Assembly: GCF_020745735.1 (NCBI RefSeq)
Contig: NW_026867487.1
Coordinates: 3,410,001 to 3,474,000 of the forward strand
Source of the DNA: Hemiscyllium ocellatum
Taxonomy: Eukaryota
DNA length: 64,000 nt
Direction: 5' to 3'
The notes beneath the pieces were generated by a model that was not told the DNA's origin, made no database searches, and saw only the letters and a list, made by a program, of their open reading frames with translations. Both the position numbers and the translations under genes were made by a program. The stretch's first letter is position 1. Every line of letters begins with the position of its first letter. Positions 12,532 through 24,707 of this stretch are shown piece by piece.

Positions 12532-14519
12532 GTGAGTTACACGCGAAATTCTGAGGTGTTACTGATGTGCAAATGCAGTGTCACTGTATCTGGTTCAAAT
12601 AGATAAAGATTCTGGACTCCACTAAGTCTGAGAGTATCAGAAAAAAAAACTCTGAATACATTGTTTAGAAAATAGATTCTCACGAATTATGGAGCATGGA
12701 ATATTTCCACATTGCACATGGAAGCTCCACAACATTCACTTTCCCTTAATGATTGCTTCTCCTCTGTACAGTTGTTGATGTTGAGATAACGAGCTTGTCT
12801 CTATAGATCCCCTCTGCCCGTAGTTCCTGGACTGATTGCCAACTGAGTTGCAACACGACGGTCATCTAAGCTCAGAAGTACGTGGCGGCACCTGTTCCTC
12901 TGATTTCTCTGATTGTAAGAACGCTGTGTTTCTGCAGTGAAGGCTGGCCTGATTCCTCCCTGCTCTGGCCACGCTGACATCGGCGATTCTCAGATGTTGT
13001 GGCGCCCACCTGTTGCGACAACGGTCCCTCTGCAAGAAGCTGAGAAACTTGTGGTTCTGCAGTGATTGTTTTCGAGATGCCTTCCACAGCCACCCCTGCC
13101 AGAGAAGACACGTGATCAGCTCTTTGTCATGAACTCTGCAACGTGGATGCAATAATGGGAGAAGTCACAGGTACAAGCATCCTGCTACCTGGAAATACAT
13201 TGTCTTTCCCAATGAGGAAGCTAGCCATTCATTCTCATGAGGCATCTCGGTATATATTTACTAAATCTGATTCTTCTCAAAATATCCTTTTAAAATCCGT
13301 CTCTTCACACCCCTGTGCTTGCGTCTATGGCAGTAAAAAACAGAAAAATGCATTTGCACCCTGACATTACCCTCACACCACTTGACAGTGTCTCAGATTC
13401 TCAATATTTATTTTGAGAACATTTCTCAACTTGATTACCTAATGATGACATAAACTACTGGGTGATTTGTTCCCTGAGGGGATATGGGCATTGCTGGCTG
13501 GTGTCGCGTTTTTTGCTTACCCCTAATACACCTGGAGAAGGCTGTGGTGAGCTGCCTTTTGAAGCTGCTTTCGTACTTGCTGTGTATTTAGATACATGGG
13601 ACGTTTTCAGAGAGAGAATGGCAGGATTTTCACCAAATGACACTGAAGGAAAGATGATATATTTCCAATTAAATTAGTGAGTTACTTGGCAGGGAAGGTG
13701 CAGCTGAGGGCGTCCCCATTTGTCTGTAGCTGTTGATCTTCTCGATGTATGTCATCGTTGGTTTGGAACGTGGTACCAATATTGTATTTGCTCACCTCCC
13801 AACATTTCATGATAAACTGCATAGCTTACTAATCAAGTAATAATGTTGTCTAAAAATGGCAAAACTTGAAAAATTACAAGATGTTTTTGTACGAGAATCT
13901 GAAGTGCAACACATCTGGGATGATGGCATTCATATTGAAGATATTCAATATTAATCGCATCTCTATCTTCATGTGCTCATGATAGGAATATAACACTGAA
14001 ATAAACAGTGTCTGAACATTTTATATGACGCAACAGGCCAGAACAGGAAGTGTGGTTTTCTTACGTAATCCAGACACTAACCAAAAGGACAAAGGCCTGG
14101 ATCACCTATGGTTTCTAAATGTTCATTCCAGTGTAAAAGCTGATTATGCATATGCCTCCATGTTCGTTGAATCTTGACTTGTACATATTTACTTATTGAC
14201 CTCTACCTTTGTTTTTCAATATACGTGTACACTTTCTGCGATGTGTCGTTCTGCCCTTTTTGGTGTCTTATTGTAAACATTTACAAAAAGATTGTAAACA
14301 TTCATCTGGAGCGTTGCATTAGGTGTCTAATATCATTTCAGAAGTGGCAGCCTGTCGCTCTGTGAGAATAAAAATGACTGGAAGATGACAGTGAATGTGC
14401 TAATAAAAAAAAATTACCAGTTTCTTACATTGATTCAGTCGCTTCTTCAACGTGATTGAATTGCATCCTCTCCTGATCGTTCTCCATTCCTGCACAAGAA
14501 AGGACATTTCAGTGAGTCT

Positions 14520-14745
14520 GTCTGAATCGCTCAGTCACCAGCTGGAGCATGAGATGACTGCTAGGATTGGAGACAGTGTAACCCCCTCACCTGCTTCTAC
14601 ACAGCGGATATGAGTGCCTGCCTACCCTGGCACTGGGTGCTGCTCAGACTTGGCCATCAGGATGTTCTTATCTGCATTGTGGATGTCTTCAGTGACAGTG
14701 CTGCATTTGCCAGAAATCGCTTCATGGTTTCTCTGCCCAAAACGT
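14520..14745 (+). pseudogene. Highly decayed TRA/DV exon fragment
   Basis: ..TARIGDSVT(fs)LTCFYTAD....PWHW....SAAFARNRFMVSLPK matches the family G.SVTL.C.Y and ADFA.DRFSVEL motifs; truncated. Confidence 0.55.
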
Positions 14746-14850
14746 TTTAGTTTTTAGTTTAACAATCTAAGAGCTGTAGGGTGAGGAACCCGGGAAATGT
14801 TTCTGTATCATGATCAGTCTCACAATGCTGCATTAAATGAAAAGATGCAT

Positions 14851-15187
14851 AAGTATAAGATGATTAGGGGTTTAGATAGGGTTGACAGTGTGAACCTTTT
14901 TCCGCTAATGGAGTCAGGTGTTACTAGGGGACACAGCTTTAAATTAAGGGGTGGAAGGGATAGGACAGATGTTAGGGGCAGATTGTTTACTCAGCGGGTT
15001 GTGAGTTCATGGAATGTCCTGCCAGTAGCAGTGGTGGACTCTCCCTCTTTATGGTCATTTAAGCGGGCATTGAATAAGCATATGGAGGTTATTGGGCTAA
15101 TATAGGTTAGGTAGGCTATGGTCGGCGCAACATCGAGGGCCGAAGGGCCTGTACTGCGCTGGATTTTTCTATGTTCTATGTTCTATA
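14851..15187 (+). mobile_element. CR1 3' fragment
   Basis: YKMIRGLDRVD..TRGHSFKLRGGR.RTDVRGRLFTQRVVSSWN and (ttctatg)n tail. Confidence 0.85.
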
Positions 15188-15666
15188 CTTGTCTGAATGT
15201 GAGAGACAAGAGTATCCTCTCTTGTCCATGACCGTGAAAAATCATTGTCCAAAACAGAGCGAAAGTCTAACATTAAAAAAAAGGATAGAGAGGAAAACAG
15301 AGAGACATGGATAACAATATTTGGGAAGAATTAATGGGGTTTGAGAAAACCGACATTGTTTTATAGCAGACAAACCAGGCTTGACAACCTGCATTTTTGT
15401 TCAGATGTAACGAGTAAAGTAGATATGTTGAGTCACAGTATTTGTCAATTCTCCAACATTGACAATGAGACGGTATTGACTCACAGGCTACTAGGCATGG
15501 GAATAACCCTGCATATTTATATTAGATATTAATCGCAGGAAATGGATACCTCATGTCATCTTCTGCCTATTCATGACTGAAGATCAGAGTCCAGATATAT
15601 GCCAAACTGTTTTGTCAATGACCAACCGCAGGGTGGACTGTCTCAGTTAATACAGCATCAGGAAGC

Positions 15667-16050
15667 ATGGTGTCACTGAGACCTCTTCCTGTCCTTCTTG
15701 CATTCCTCTCCAGTGTGTAAGGTTCAATTATTTTTATTTTATCCCAATTTTAACGTGTTTTCATGTTTGCTGGGTGGGCAGGCTTGGTCGAGTTACACAG
15801 CTTGGACTCACCGCAATGTAATGAATTTTGGCTTACTTCACCAGATGTCCATTCTGAGTAGTGTCGACCAAGCGAAAGGAAAAGATGGGGAGACGGAGCT
15901 AAGCATTGAGACTGACCTGTAAAATCACTGGGTTCGATCTGGGGCAGCCACTACATATACTGGAACCGACAAAGTTCGGGGAATGGCCTTTAATGGCTAG
16001 ATTGGTGCTATGATCAAAGCCTGAACGTATTTTAACAGGATCTGAGAGGT
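15667..16050 (+). pseudogene. IgHV-like pseudogene truncated by a Penelope insertion
   Basis: Intact leader MVSLRPLPVLLAFLS (15667-15712, GT donor); exon from 15845 has frameshifts but retains LRLTCKITGFDLG.HYIYW.RQ..GNGL; ends where the PLE begins. Confidence 0.85.
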
Positions 16051-16053
16051 ACA

Positions 16054-16575
16054 TCAGAGGGTGGGGATATGGAAATGTAGCTGGGAAGGCGGTAGGTGGA
16101 TGCAGGTGGGGGTTAAGTTGATAGCTCGGAGTGGAAGATGGAGCGGACAGGTGGTAAAGCGAAGATAGACTGAAAGGACGTTTCAAGAGGATTGTGCTGC
16201 ATTACTGAGTTGGATATGCAATACAGTGGTTAGAGGGGAGATAAGGAAATTGTTGAAATCGACGTTGATGCCATATGGTTGTAGGGTCCCAAGTTTCAAG
16301 ATAAGGTGTCCTTCCTCCAGTCGTCAGCTGACCTGGATTTGGCGGTGGAGGAGGCCAAGGACTTGAATGTCCTTGGTAGAGCGGGAGGGTGAGTTGAAGT
16401 GGTCAGCTATAGGGTGGTGAGGTTGTTTGGTGCGTGTGTTCCAGAGATGTTCCCTGATATGTTTGACGATTTGGCATCCTGTGTCACTAATACTGAAGAG
16501 ACCACATCGAGAGCAACGGGCACAGTAGATGAGGTGTTTGGATGTTCAGGAAAATCTCTGCTTCGGGGAGAAAGT
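16054..16575 (-). mobile_element. Penelope-like element 3' fragment (GIY-YIG region and UTR)
   Basis: Similar to 1376-1750 (ttgatgcc...ggttgtagggtccc, gagaccacatcg); minus-strand GIY-YIG remnant. Confidence 0.75.
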
Positions 16576-17018
16576 CCCAATTACCTTACGATGATCAGGT
16601 CACCTTTATGAAGGGAAGGCTTATAGATATTGACGCTTCCCATTTTCTTCTTGGCTCTCTTTTCTGTTGTATTTCTGCTTTTGTTATTTATAAAAAAAAC
16701 CCTGTTTTTTGTATCCTTGGTGCTTGTTTTGTTTAAAAATTAAGGATCTATATCAGAGATTAGACTGGTTGAAAGCAACTTTGCAAACCTTTCAATGTAT
16801 TCCTGCCGTTAGATCACGTGACAACATAACCAAATTCGATTCTACATCCGCGCACATGGGAAAAACAATTCTCTGCATTAAGTTGCAAGAACATGGCAGA
16901 ACACACACGCATATACCAACAATGGTCACCTGAATATTCATGCAGACATACAGATGCATACATTAAGACTTCGATTGGAGTGCACAGCTACACACACACA
17001 AACACAGTCATTCACACA

Positions 17019-17064
<46 letters not shown>

Positions 17065-17789
17065 GAAGACTATACAAACATAGACAAACATTTGGACACA
17101 CACCCACAAAAACACATATCCCCACCCACTGAGAGTACTGCAACCTAACCAGTTATTGTGACATCATTCATACATTAAACGGGGTATGTTTCTGAGAGCT
17201 CTGTGCTTAGTGATACAGACAACATCACCCCCCGAGAAACCGAAACCAATGTGAGGCTGAACTTGGTGAAGAATTCTGAGAGGATCCAAAAAGGGGTGAC
17301 AGATAATTTTCGGCTGAGTACAGAGACACAGCAACAGAGGACCGGCATAAAGAAGTGTAAAGGTGATATGAGAGATCCCACTGAATACGCTTGCAAATGG
17401 GTTTAGTGAGGTGGGAGGTATTTTGAGGGATTGTAATTTGAGAGAGTATAATTTGTGAGGGGATAGGGATTACAGGGGTGGTGGACATTTTGGGAATGGC
17501 GCTGGTAATTTGGGGAACCTCTGAATTCGTTAACGACATGAAATTTCCTCAGTTGCGAAATTTGGGAAAAAGGGATGAGCTGAGTATTCGGTATAAGGCT
17601 ATGAAGTGCTAATTATCATGGATGGAAGTTATTCCATCAGAATTCTTGGGAAAAAAAACAATTGTCACTGAACTGTGTCCCTAAACTGCTGGGAAAACTA
17701 AGTACAGATTGAGCGTGCACAGAGACAGAATAGAACTTCACACCGAACAATATGCTGTCGTGTGAGTTGTATGCCGTATCCAGTTTCTT

Positions 17790-18062
17790 CATACACGGGG
17801 TTGCAGATTTTAAACAGAGTTGAGGAAAAACGGCTTCTGTGAAAGAGTTGTGAACCTGTGGAACTTGCTACCACAAAGTGCTATGGATGTTGGAATGGTA
17901 AGTAAATTTAAGGAGGAGTTAGATAGATTTTTAATTGGTAATGTTTTGAAGAGTTATGACAAGTAGGCAGGAAAATGGAGATGACGAGCAGATCAGTCAT
18001 GATTGAATCATGGAGCAGACTCCATGGGCAAAACGGGTTAATCCTGCTTTAATATCTTATGA
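17790..18062 (+). mobile_element. CR1 3' fragment
   Basis: RVVNLWNLLPQ..MD....KFKEELDRFL-type sequence and CR1 tail. Confidence 0.7.
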
Positions 18063-18224
18063 AAAGATGAGGTATTTCCTAATGTATAACTAATTTTAAC
18101 ACATCACTGCTGAAAGGTTCATGTCCACAGGCCTACTCTATAATTTACTGAGTTTAATAATTATTTAATTATTTTAATTTAAGAACATGAGTCACAGAAG
18201 CAGAAATAAGCTACTTAACTAATT

Positions 18225-18416
18225 GCTGAAAATGTGTTGCTGGAAAAGCGCAGCAAGTCAGGCAGCATCCAAGGAATAGGAGATTCGACGTTTCGGGCAT
18301 AAGCCCTTCTTAAACGTCGAATCTCCTATTCCTTGGATGCTGCCTGACCTGCTGCGCTTTTCCAGCAACGCATTTTCAGCTCTGATCTCCAGCATCTGCA
18401 GTCCTCACTTTCTCCT
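18225..18416. repeat. Penelope-associated palindromic element, 69-bp arms (18225-18293 / 18312-18380), 18-nt loop
   Basis: Arms match at 67 of 69 positions; loop plus arm give a truncated hammerhead core on the minus strand. Confidence 0.9.
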
Positions 18417-19063
18417 CTAACTTAACGAATTGATAAAGTACCATCAATCGATGCAATGATTGATGATCTGATGATCAGCATTCACCATTCTTACCTAGCC
18501 TGCGTAATACATAATTGTGTTACTGCTAATAAATGTGCTCATCTAAGCTTTAAAAGTACATAGTAACTCAGATTCTGTGGTAAAGCAATTCCACACTCAT
18601 TTCACTCTGAGTTAGGACGTTTCCCCCAGTAACTCTTTTAAAGTTGCGACAATGTATTCTAAGATTGTTCACTTTGGTCCTAGTCTCTCTCACTGGAGCA
18701 AAAACACACTTTTCCACATTATTCTGCCAAGGATTCATTACACATCTCGAGAAAAGGTGTGACTTAAATGCAAACCTCCTGACGCAAAGTCAAACCTATT
18801 TTGACTGTCATCCCTCAGTTGACACCCATCCCTCTCATAAGTTCATCTAAATTTGTATTAAATTAGTGAGTTACGCTGAAGAGTTTATCATCCAGTGGCG
18901 GAAATGCATCTCTGGCCTGCTAACTGTAATATACAAATCGATAATTAAGGAACATTTCCTAAACATAGGAATGAAAGCCTGAAGTAGAACTGACACAGGA
19001 GAATGTATATCTTTCCCTGATCTACAATCTGACTTTGAACATGCATAAGCAAATTCAGCCACG

Positions 19064-19066
<3 letters not shown>

Positions 19067-19113
<47 letters not shown>

Positions 19114-19218
19114 TAAATCAGGGAGATGGGGATATAAACCCTGTGGAAACACACACACACACACACTCACATACACACACAGGGATAAATCAGGGAGAGG
19201 GGAATATAAACCCTGGGG

Positions 19219-19255
<37 letters not shown>

Positions 19256-19560
19256 GATAAATCAGGGAGATGGGGATATAAACCCTGTGGAAACACACAC
19301 ACACACACACTCACATACACACACAGGGATAAATCAGGGAGAGGGGAATATAAACCCTGGGGAAACACACACACACACACAGACACGGGGATAAACCAGG
19401 GAGAGGGGGATATAAACCCTGGGGAAACACACACACACACACACACACACAGGGATAAATCAGGGAGGGGTGATATAAACCCTGGGGAAACACACACACG
19501 CACACACACACACGGATAAATCAGGGAAGGGGGCATATAAACGCTGGGGACATACACACA
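19067..19560. repeat. Composite minisatellite: 7 copies of GGATAAATCAGGGAG..ATATAAACCCTG.GGAAA separated by (CA)n tracts
   Basis: Units start near 19111, 19181, 19253, 19326, 19387, 19451, 19513; preceded by (AC)22. Confidence 0.93.
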
Positions 19561-20265
19561 CACACCCACACAGACACACACCCTACAATAATTGTGCTCA
19601 GACGTACAAAGTGCCCTTTTCTGTGAGGCCTCTGTCTTTCGTGAGATAGATAAATAGTGGTCTGAACTGAAGTGCAAATGAGCTCAGTGACGAATGCTGA
19701 GAGGATCCAAAAGAAGGAGTGTAATAATCCTGAGCTCGAGTTCAAAGAAATAACAGAATACGTCCAGAATAACGGGGTAGTCCAGTGAAAACGATAAAAG
19801 AGGTATTGCTTTGTGAGGTTGAGATTGAGAACAGTGATGCCGGTTATGGGATTTGAGGGATTAGACTTTGATTGTGGGCAGTTGTGGTGCTACAACACTA
19901 ACATGTGTGCGGAGACCTTGGGGTAGCGAAGGAAATTTGAGGCAATTAACTGGTTAATAGCATCAACTGGCGCCGCTTGGAAAGCATTACAATAAACGAA
20001 CAAATTCTTGTGAGTAAGGGGAATGGGATTCTGTGGTATTGGTTATGATGGATGGAAACCAATATGTCGGAATTCCCTTTGCTCCATTTTATGAACAGTG
20101 ACTACAACTCAGCTCGGAATGTATTAATGCATTGAGAGTCAGCCTTACCCGAACAGAGAGCAGGCAGCATTAACACTCAGAAGCGACAGCATCACACAGA
20201 AGGCGGGGTTTTGGAACACGTGTCTTTAAATATCTGATTGCCGTGTTACACAGAGGATAGAGATA

Positions 20266-20712
20266 ATGTTGCTACTCGGTATCTGTGTATTGTGGGGACC
20301 CATCCTAACAGGTAAATGTGATGTAAAATCTTATCACATTCCTATGATAAATTATATATTTACGTGATGCCTGGCAGTCATTGATATTTGTTCTCCCTTT
20401 CAGATCTGAGTCATGCAGATTCTGTCACTCAGTCAATTACCTCAGAACTTCGGACAGAAGGAGAAGCGGTGAACATTACCTGTACCTATGACACTACATT
20501 GAGTAGCTATGTGCTATTCTGGTATCGACAGCATCCAGGCACACAGCCCGAATATGTACTGCGCAAAGATACTAGTGGTAGCATGTACAAAGCGGAATTT
20601 GCTGCAGATCGCTTTTCTGTAGATCTTCAGACCTCGAAGAAATTCACCAGTTTGAAAATAGCCAGACTGGACGTGACTGACACTGCCGTGTATTACTGTG
20701 CTTTCTGGAACT
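20266..20712 (+). CDS. TRA/DV gene segment; V exon (20404-20712) intact, leader (20266-20310) 1 nt short and frameshifted as assembled
   Basis: DLSHADSVTQSITSELRTEGEAVNITCTYDTTLSSYVLFWYRQHPGTQPEYVLRKDTSGSMYKAEFAADRFSVDLQTSKKFTSLKIARLDVTDTAVYYCAFWN; leader is 45 nt and reaches TAA at 20305. Confidence 0.85.
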
Positions 20713-20751
20713 CACAGTGATGAGAAGCAGTCTGAGCTCTCTACAAAAACG
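20713..20751 (+). other. 23-RSS (CACAGTG-23-ACAAAAACG)
   Basis: Heptamer 20713-20719, nonamer 20743-20751. Confidence 0.95.
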
Positions 20752-21605
20752 ATGCCTTCAGATATGACTCTACCTATTGCAATTCGAGTAGAATCCAGGG
20801 CAGCTGCAATTATCTGTCACTAGCTCAACCTCAAACTGAGGAAATCAAGTTAACTTCGGCTCAAACTGCCACTGAAGCGCTTCCTGTAATTGCTGAGAAA
20901 ATACATGACACACTTTGAGCACGAGACAGAGAGAGAGAACAGAATCACGTGTGAATGCACTCTTGCTCGTCTCCAACCTCAACAATCCGTTGTCATGTAA
21001 GTTGGAGACAGTGAGATGTCAGAGAGCTGTGAATTTCTGAGCTTCAAATCCTCACCTCAAAGAGAAAGCAATGTGGTGCAAATATTCAGAGATACTAAAC
21101 CATTTGCTGAGTGTGGGATTTCAGAATGGGTGACGCAGTAAAAGTCTTGTACGGTATATTGCACCAATTCCCCTCTCCCAATCTTTCTTGGTATGACTGA
21201 CAACTGTCTCACATTGGACTTCCTGTGTTGATCACTTACTGCGGTCTTTATCCCACTCTATTGACATGTATCTATCTTTGGTTTCACCCTCTTCTCTCCT
21301 GTTGAGTTCTCTGTGTATCACTTAACTTCGTGTCATTTTTAGTTGAGATAACATAATCAAAAGAAAACAAGATGATGTGTTAAATTTCAATGTATCAATT
21401 GTTGTTTTAATTGCATTTTGCATGTGAATTCTCTCATTATTGACTCCACTGTTGTTCTCCCGGTTTAACAAAGATCTCCAGGATCTTTGATTGTTCGATT
21501 TGTATGACCTGAACTTTAAAAGGTGCAATTCCTGCTCTGGCCTGATTAGTTATATAAATCAAAGTGTCATTATAAATTTCACAGTTGTCGTTCTGTGAAT
21601 ACGAC

Positions 21606-21666
21606 ATGAAGATGGAAGTGCAATTAACATTCATTATCCTCTTTATCCTGACTGTAATCATCTCGG
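21606..21666 (+). other. Intact orphan V leader exon MKMEVQLTFIILFILTVIIS|G with GTAAGT donor
   Basis: Hydrophobic 20-codon phase-1 exon, perfect donor, TATATAAA at 21551; no V exon recognisable before 24359. Confidence 0.7.
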
Positions 21667-23638
21667 GTAAGTTGCGATTGATTTTCTTCAGACTGTGACT
21701 GTGCAGTGATATGACACTATCCTTGAGTCAGGGATTGCTGCGTTCTAGATTAATCTGCTCTAGAGGTATGTTGTAACAAGCCAGACTTGTAGATTTGCGG
21801 AAGTATGGACTCGAGATTCTCATCGATTAAGATTCAGGTAATACATTCACATGGGAGTTCGAAACAATTCACCTGCACTCAATTATGCTCAAGAATCTGA
21901 GACTCTGACAAGTGATTTACTTGAAGTAAGTGCTGAATATTTTGCAATCCATAGATAAGCAAACACAGCAGAGAGGACGCAACAGAAATTTTTTTGAAGA
22001 GTTTGAGAAAAAGCAGGAAAGTGAATATACATCAGGAATGGCATTAGAATGAATGGCCCCTCCCAACATTGGGAAATACAAGGTGTGCCCATGGAGTTGG
22101 ATCTTTGCATTATAATCTGCCATCATCATTTCTCTCATGGGAATTGATTCTATGTTCTTGTCTAAAGAACGGATCACTATATCTCCACTGACACTGGTGG
22201 CTGCAGAAGCCATTCTCACTGAGAATGGCTCCAACCGTCCTGTCTCTCCAATTCCTGTAAACCTGTAGTCATTTGCGATCAGTAATCCACCCCGTTGGTG
22301 CAATCAAGCATGGCCAATCCAGCTAACCAGGGGCTGGGAGGCAGCAGTTCAAACCAGTCAACCATTGTACTGCCACTTGTGATGTTCTACTGGGACTGGT
22401 CCGATAGTGTAGAGTGCAGTGGTGGAGCTGAATGCCTAGGCTGTTAATTGTCATGTGTAAATTAAGAAATTATAGAGGATTTCCAGCAATAAAGGGACAG
22501 CATTGAAGAGAATCTAAATTTCACCGGTTTTGACATGAGCTTCGTTATCATACGAGATCTATGCAAGCTTCTTCTGATACGAAAATACAATCTGAGCACA
22601 TATACACTCTTTAGAAAGTCTGTCTCCAGGAATATCATATGGCAGATGTGGAAAGAGATTCTCAGAAAGAAGGGCTGGTGACCAAAGAGAAACAGAGGAC
22701 AAAATAATCATTAAAATATCGACATTGAAATTACGAATATAAAATTGAACGGGATAACAGAAAGAATGCACACTTTCCCTGTCGGGCGGTTTTTACTGCT
22801 GTCAGGTTGAATGTTGGCCCTCACTCTGATGGAATCGCTGATGAGTTTCGTATCCTTCTTGCATGGAAGTGGCATACAGAGTCACATTTTATCACACTGA
22901 ACACAAAGGAGAGAAAGATAAAGATAGACTCTGAGATTTTCTTCGTTAATTTGTTCATTGTTATCCCTCCAGACAATTTATCTCCAAAATCAGAAGTGCA
23001 CTACATTAACTTATGTATTCGTTTGAGAAGGTGTCAAATCATATACTGAGACGGACAGGAAAAAAACGCCAAGCAGAAAATGCAAAAGCATGGAAACACA
23101 CTTGCAAAGACCTATGAATCAAATATACACAAATAAACGTTCATGCAGACATACAGAGCCATGCACAGTAACACTTACCCTGGAACATGTATGTGGTCAT
23201 ATTTACAATCAATCACGCACGTGAACACAAACACACAAATACATAACACACGCACACAGAATATAGAAAAGTATATCCTCTATTGTCACGTGTACTCACA
23301 TACCGACGTACAGGTGGACAATGAAAAGTTTATAATGTTGCCTGCTGTGGCGCCATGATCGGTACAAGTAACTCGGTGCAAATCTTAGACACAAAAAGAT
23401 GAATAAAACAGAACGACAGTTCGAGAAATAAGACACAGTTGAAGATTCGTTTTTATAGCCATATAAACAAATTACATAGAGGCACGACATTGCAGTATGT
23501 GAGCGCTGGCGCTTGCACATGTGGCCTGCCAACATCCTCCAGACGCCAGTCCAATAACCATCCCTGCTCCACACCAAGATTTCATTTTGCTCCGCACGGG
23601 CTTGCAACTGCTTTAAGGTAAGTTTTCTCCGGGAGTCG

Positions 23639-23790
23639 ATTCCCCTCGCTAGCTTCCACCCTGGACAGCTTCCACGCGCTGGCCTCCACACCAGTACTGC
23701 TTCCCCTCGCTGGCTTCCCCCAGGAACTGCTTCTCCTTGCCAGCCTCTGCTCCAGCACTGCTTCCCCTCCCTGGCCTCTGCTCTGGGACT
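23639..23790. repeat. Degenerate ~30-bp tandem repeat, about 5 copies
   Basis: Recurrent ttcccctcgctggcttcc...actgc unit. Confidence 0.6.
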
Positions 23791-24211
23791 CATTCTCATC
23801 CCTTCGTCTGTTTCAGCAAGGCTTCCATTCACTGGCTGCCACGCCAGGACTGATTCCTATCCTGACCTCCACTCCTGACGGATTCCTTTCACTGGCCTCC
23901 TTCCAACTCAGCTCTCTCATAGTTCCCCCATTTCCCTATGGGTAAGTCAAACTCATTAGTTGGAAAACAAAAGCAGGAAGGAGGGAAATATTTTTAAAAA
24001 ACACGCTATTTTAAGGAGAGTGTTGTAACCCAGAGCAGGGTGTCAATTCACTTAGAATCAGCTTGCATGCTCATACGCTTATAACCTCATCACCCATGAA
24101 ATGTAGTGAGTTGTGAACACTCAGAAGTACGACAGCTATGATCTGAGGGCGTGGTTTCGGAATGGGTCTCATAAAACATCCAGCAGTCCGTTTACAAAGA
24201 GTACGATGACA

Positions 24212-24668
24212 ATGGGGCCACTCAGCTTCTGGGTTGTTTGGGGTGCAGTTCTAACAGGCAAATATGGAGAAAATACATTTTCAAATTACTTCACCACATG
24301 CTCTTTTAAACTGACACCAGCCTGACATTTTATAATTAAAATCTGCTTTCCTTTTCAGACCTGAGCCAAGCAGATTCTGTCACTCAGTCAATTTCTTCGG
24401 ATCTTCAGCCAGAAGAAGGAACAGTGACTCTAAGCTGTACCTATGATACTCCACAGACTGGATATGCATTGAACTGGTACCGACAACATGCAGACAGGGA
24501 GCTCGAGTTTGTTGTGTCGAGAAGTACTTACGGAAATCAGGATAAAGCAGATTTTGCAGAAGATCGCTTCTCTGTTGAGCTTCAGATCTCGGAAAAATAT
24601 ACAAGTTTGACTATCACTGGGCTACAGTTGTCTGACGCTGCCGTCTACTACTGCGCGTTTAGAGACTA
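24212..24668 (+). CDS. TRA/DV gene segment, open frame, GC-AG leader intron; leader 24212-24257, V exon 24359-24668
   Basis: Leader MGPLSFWVVWGAVLT|G with gcaaat donor; DLSQADSVTQSISSDLQPEEGTVTLSCTYDTPQTGYALNWYRQHADRELEFVVSRSTYGNQDKADFAEDRFSVELQISEKYTSLTITGLQLSDAAVYYCAFRD. Confidence 0.87.
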
Positions 24669-24707
24669 CACAGTAATGGATAACAGACTCAAGCCTGTAC
24701 AAAAACT
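24669..24707 (+). other. 23-RSS (CACAGTA-23-ACAAAAACT)
   Basis: Heptamer 24669-24675, nonamer 24699-24707. Confidence 0.93.

Noticed and set aside
12862-13152. GC-richer minus-strand ORFs
   Set aside because: No recognisable domain or splice context.
19177-19215. CACAGGG...ATATAAACC in minisatellite units as cryptic RSSs
   Set aside because: Spacer is 19 bp, fitting neither 12 nor 23.
19067-19560. Repeat-spacer pattern as a CRISPR array
   Set aside because: Eukaryotic locus; the spacers are (CA)n tracts, not unique sequences; no cas genes.
18871-19677. 268-aa ORF and other long VC/HT-rich ORFs
   Set aside because: Translations of (CA)n/minisatellite sequence.
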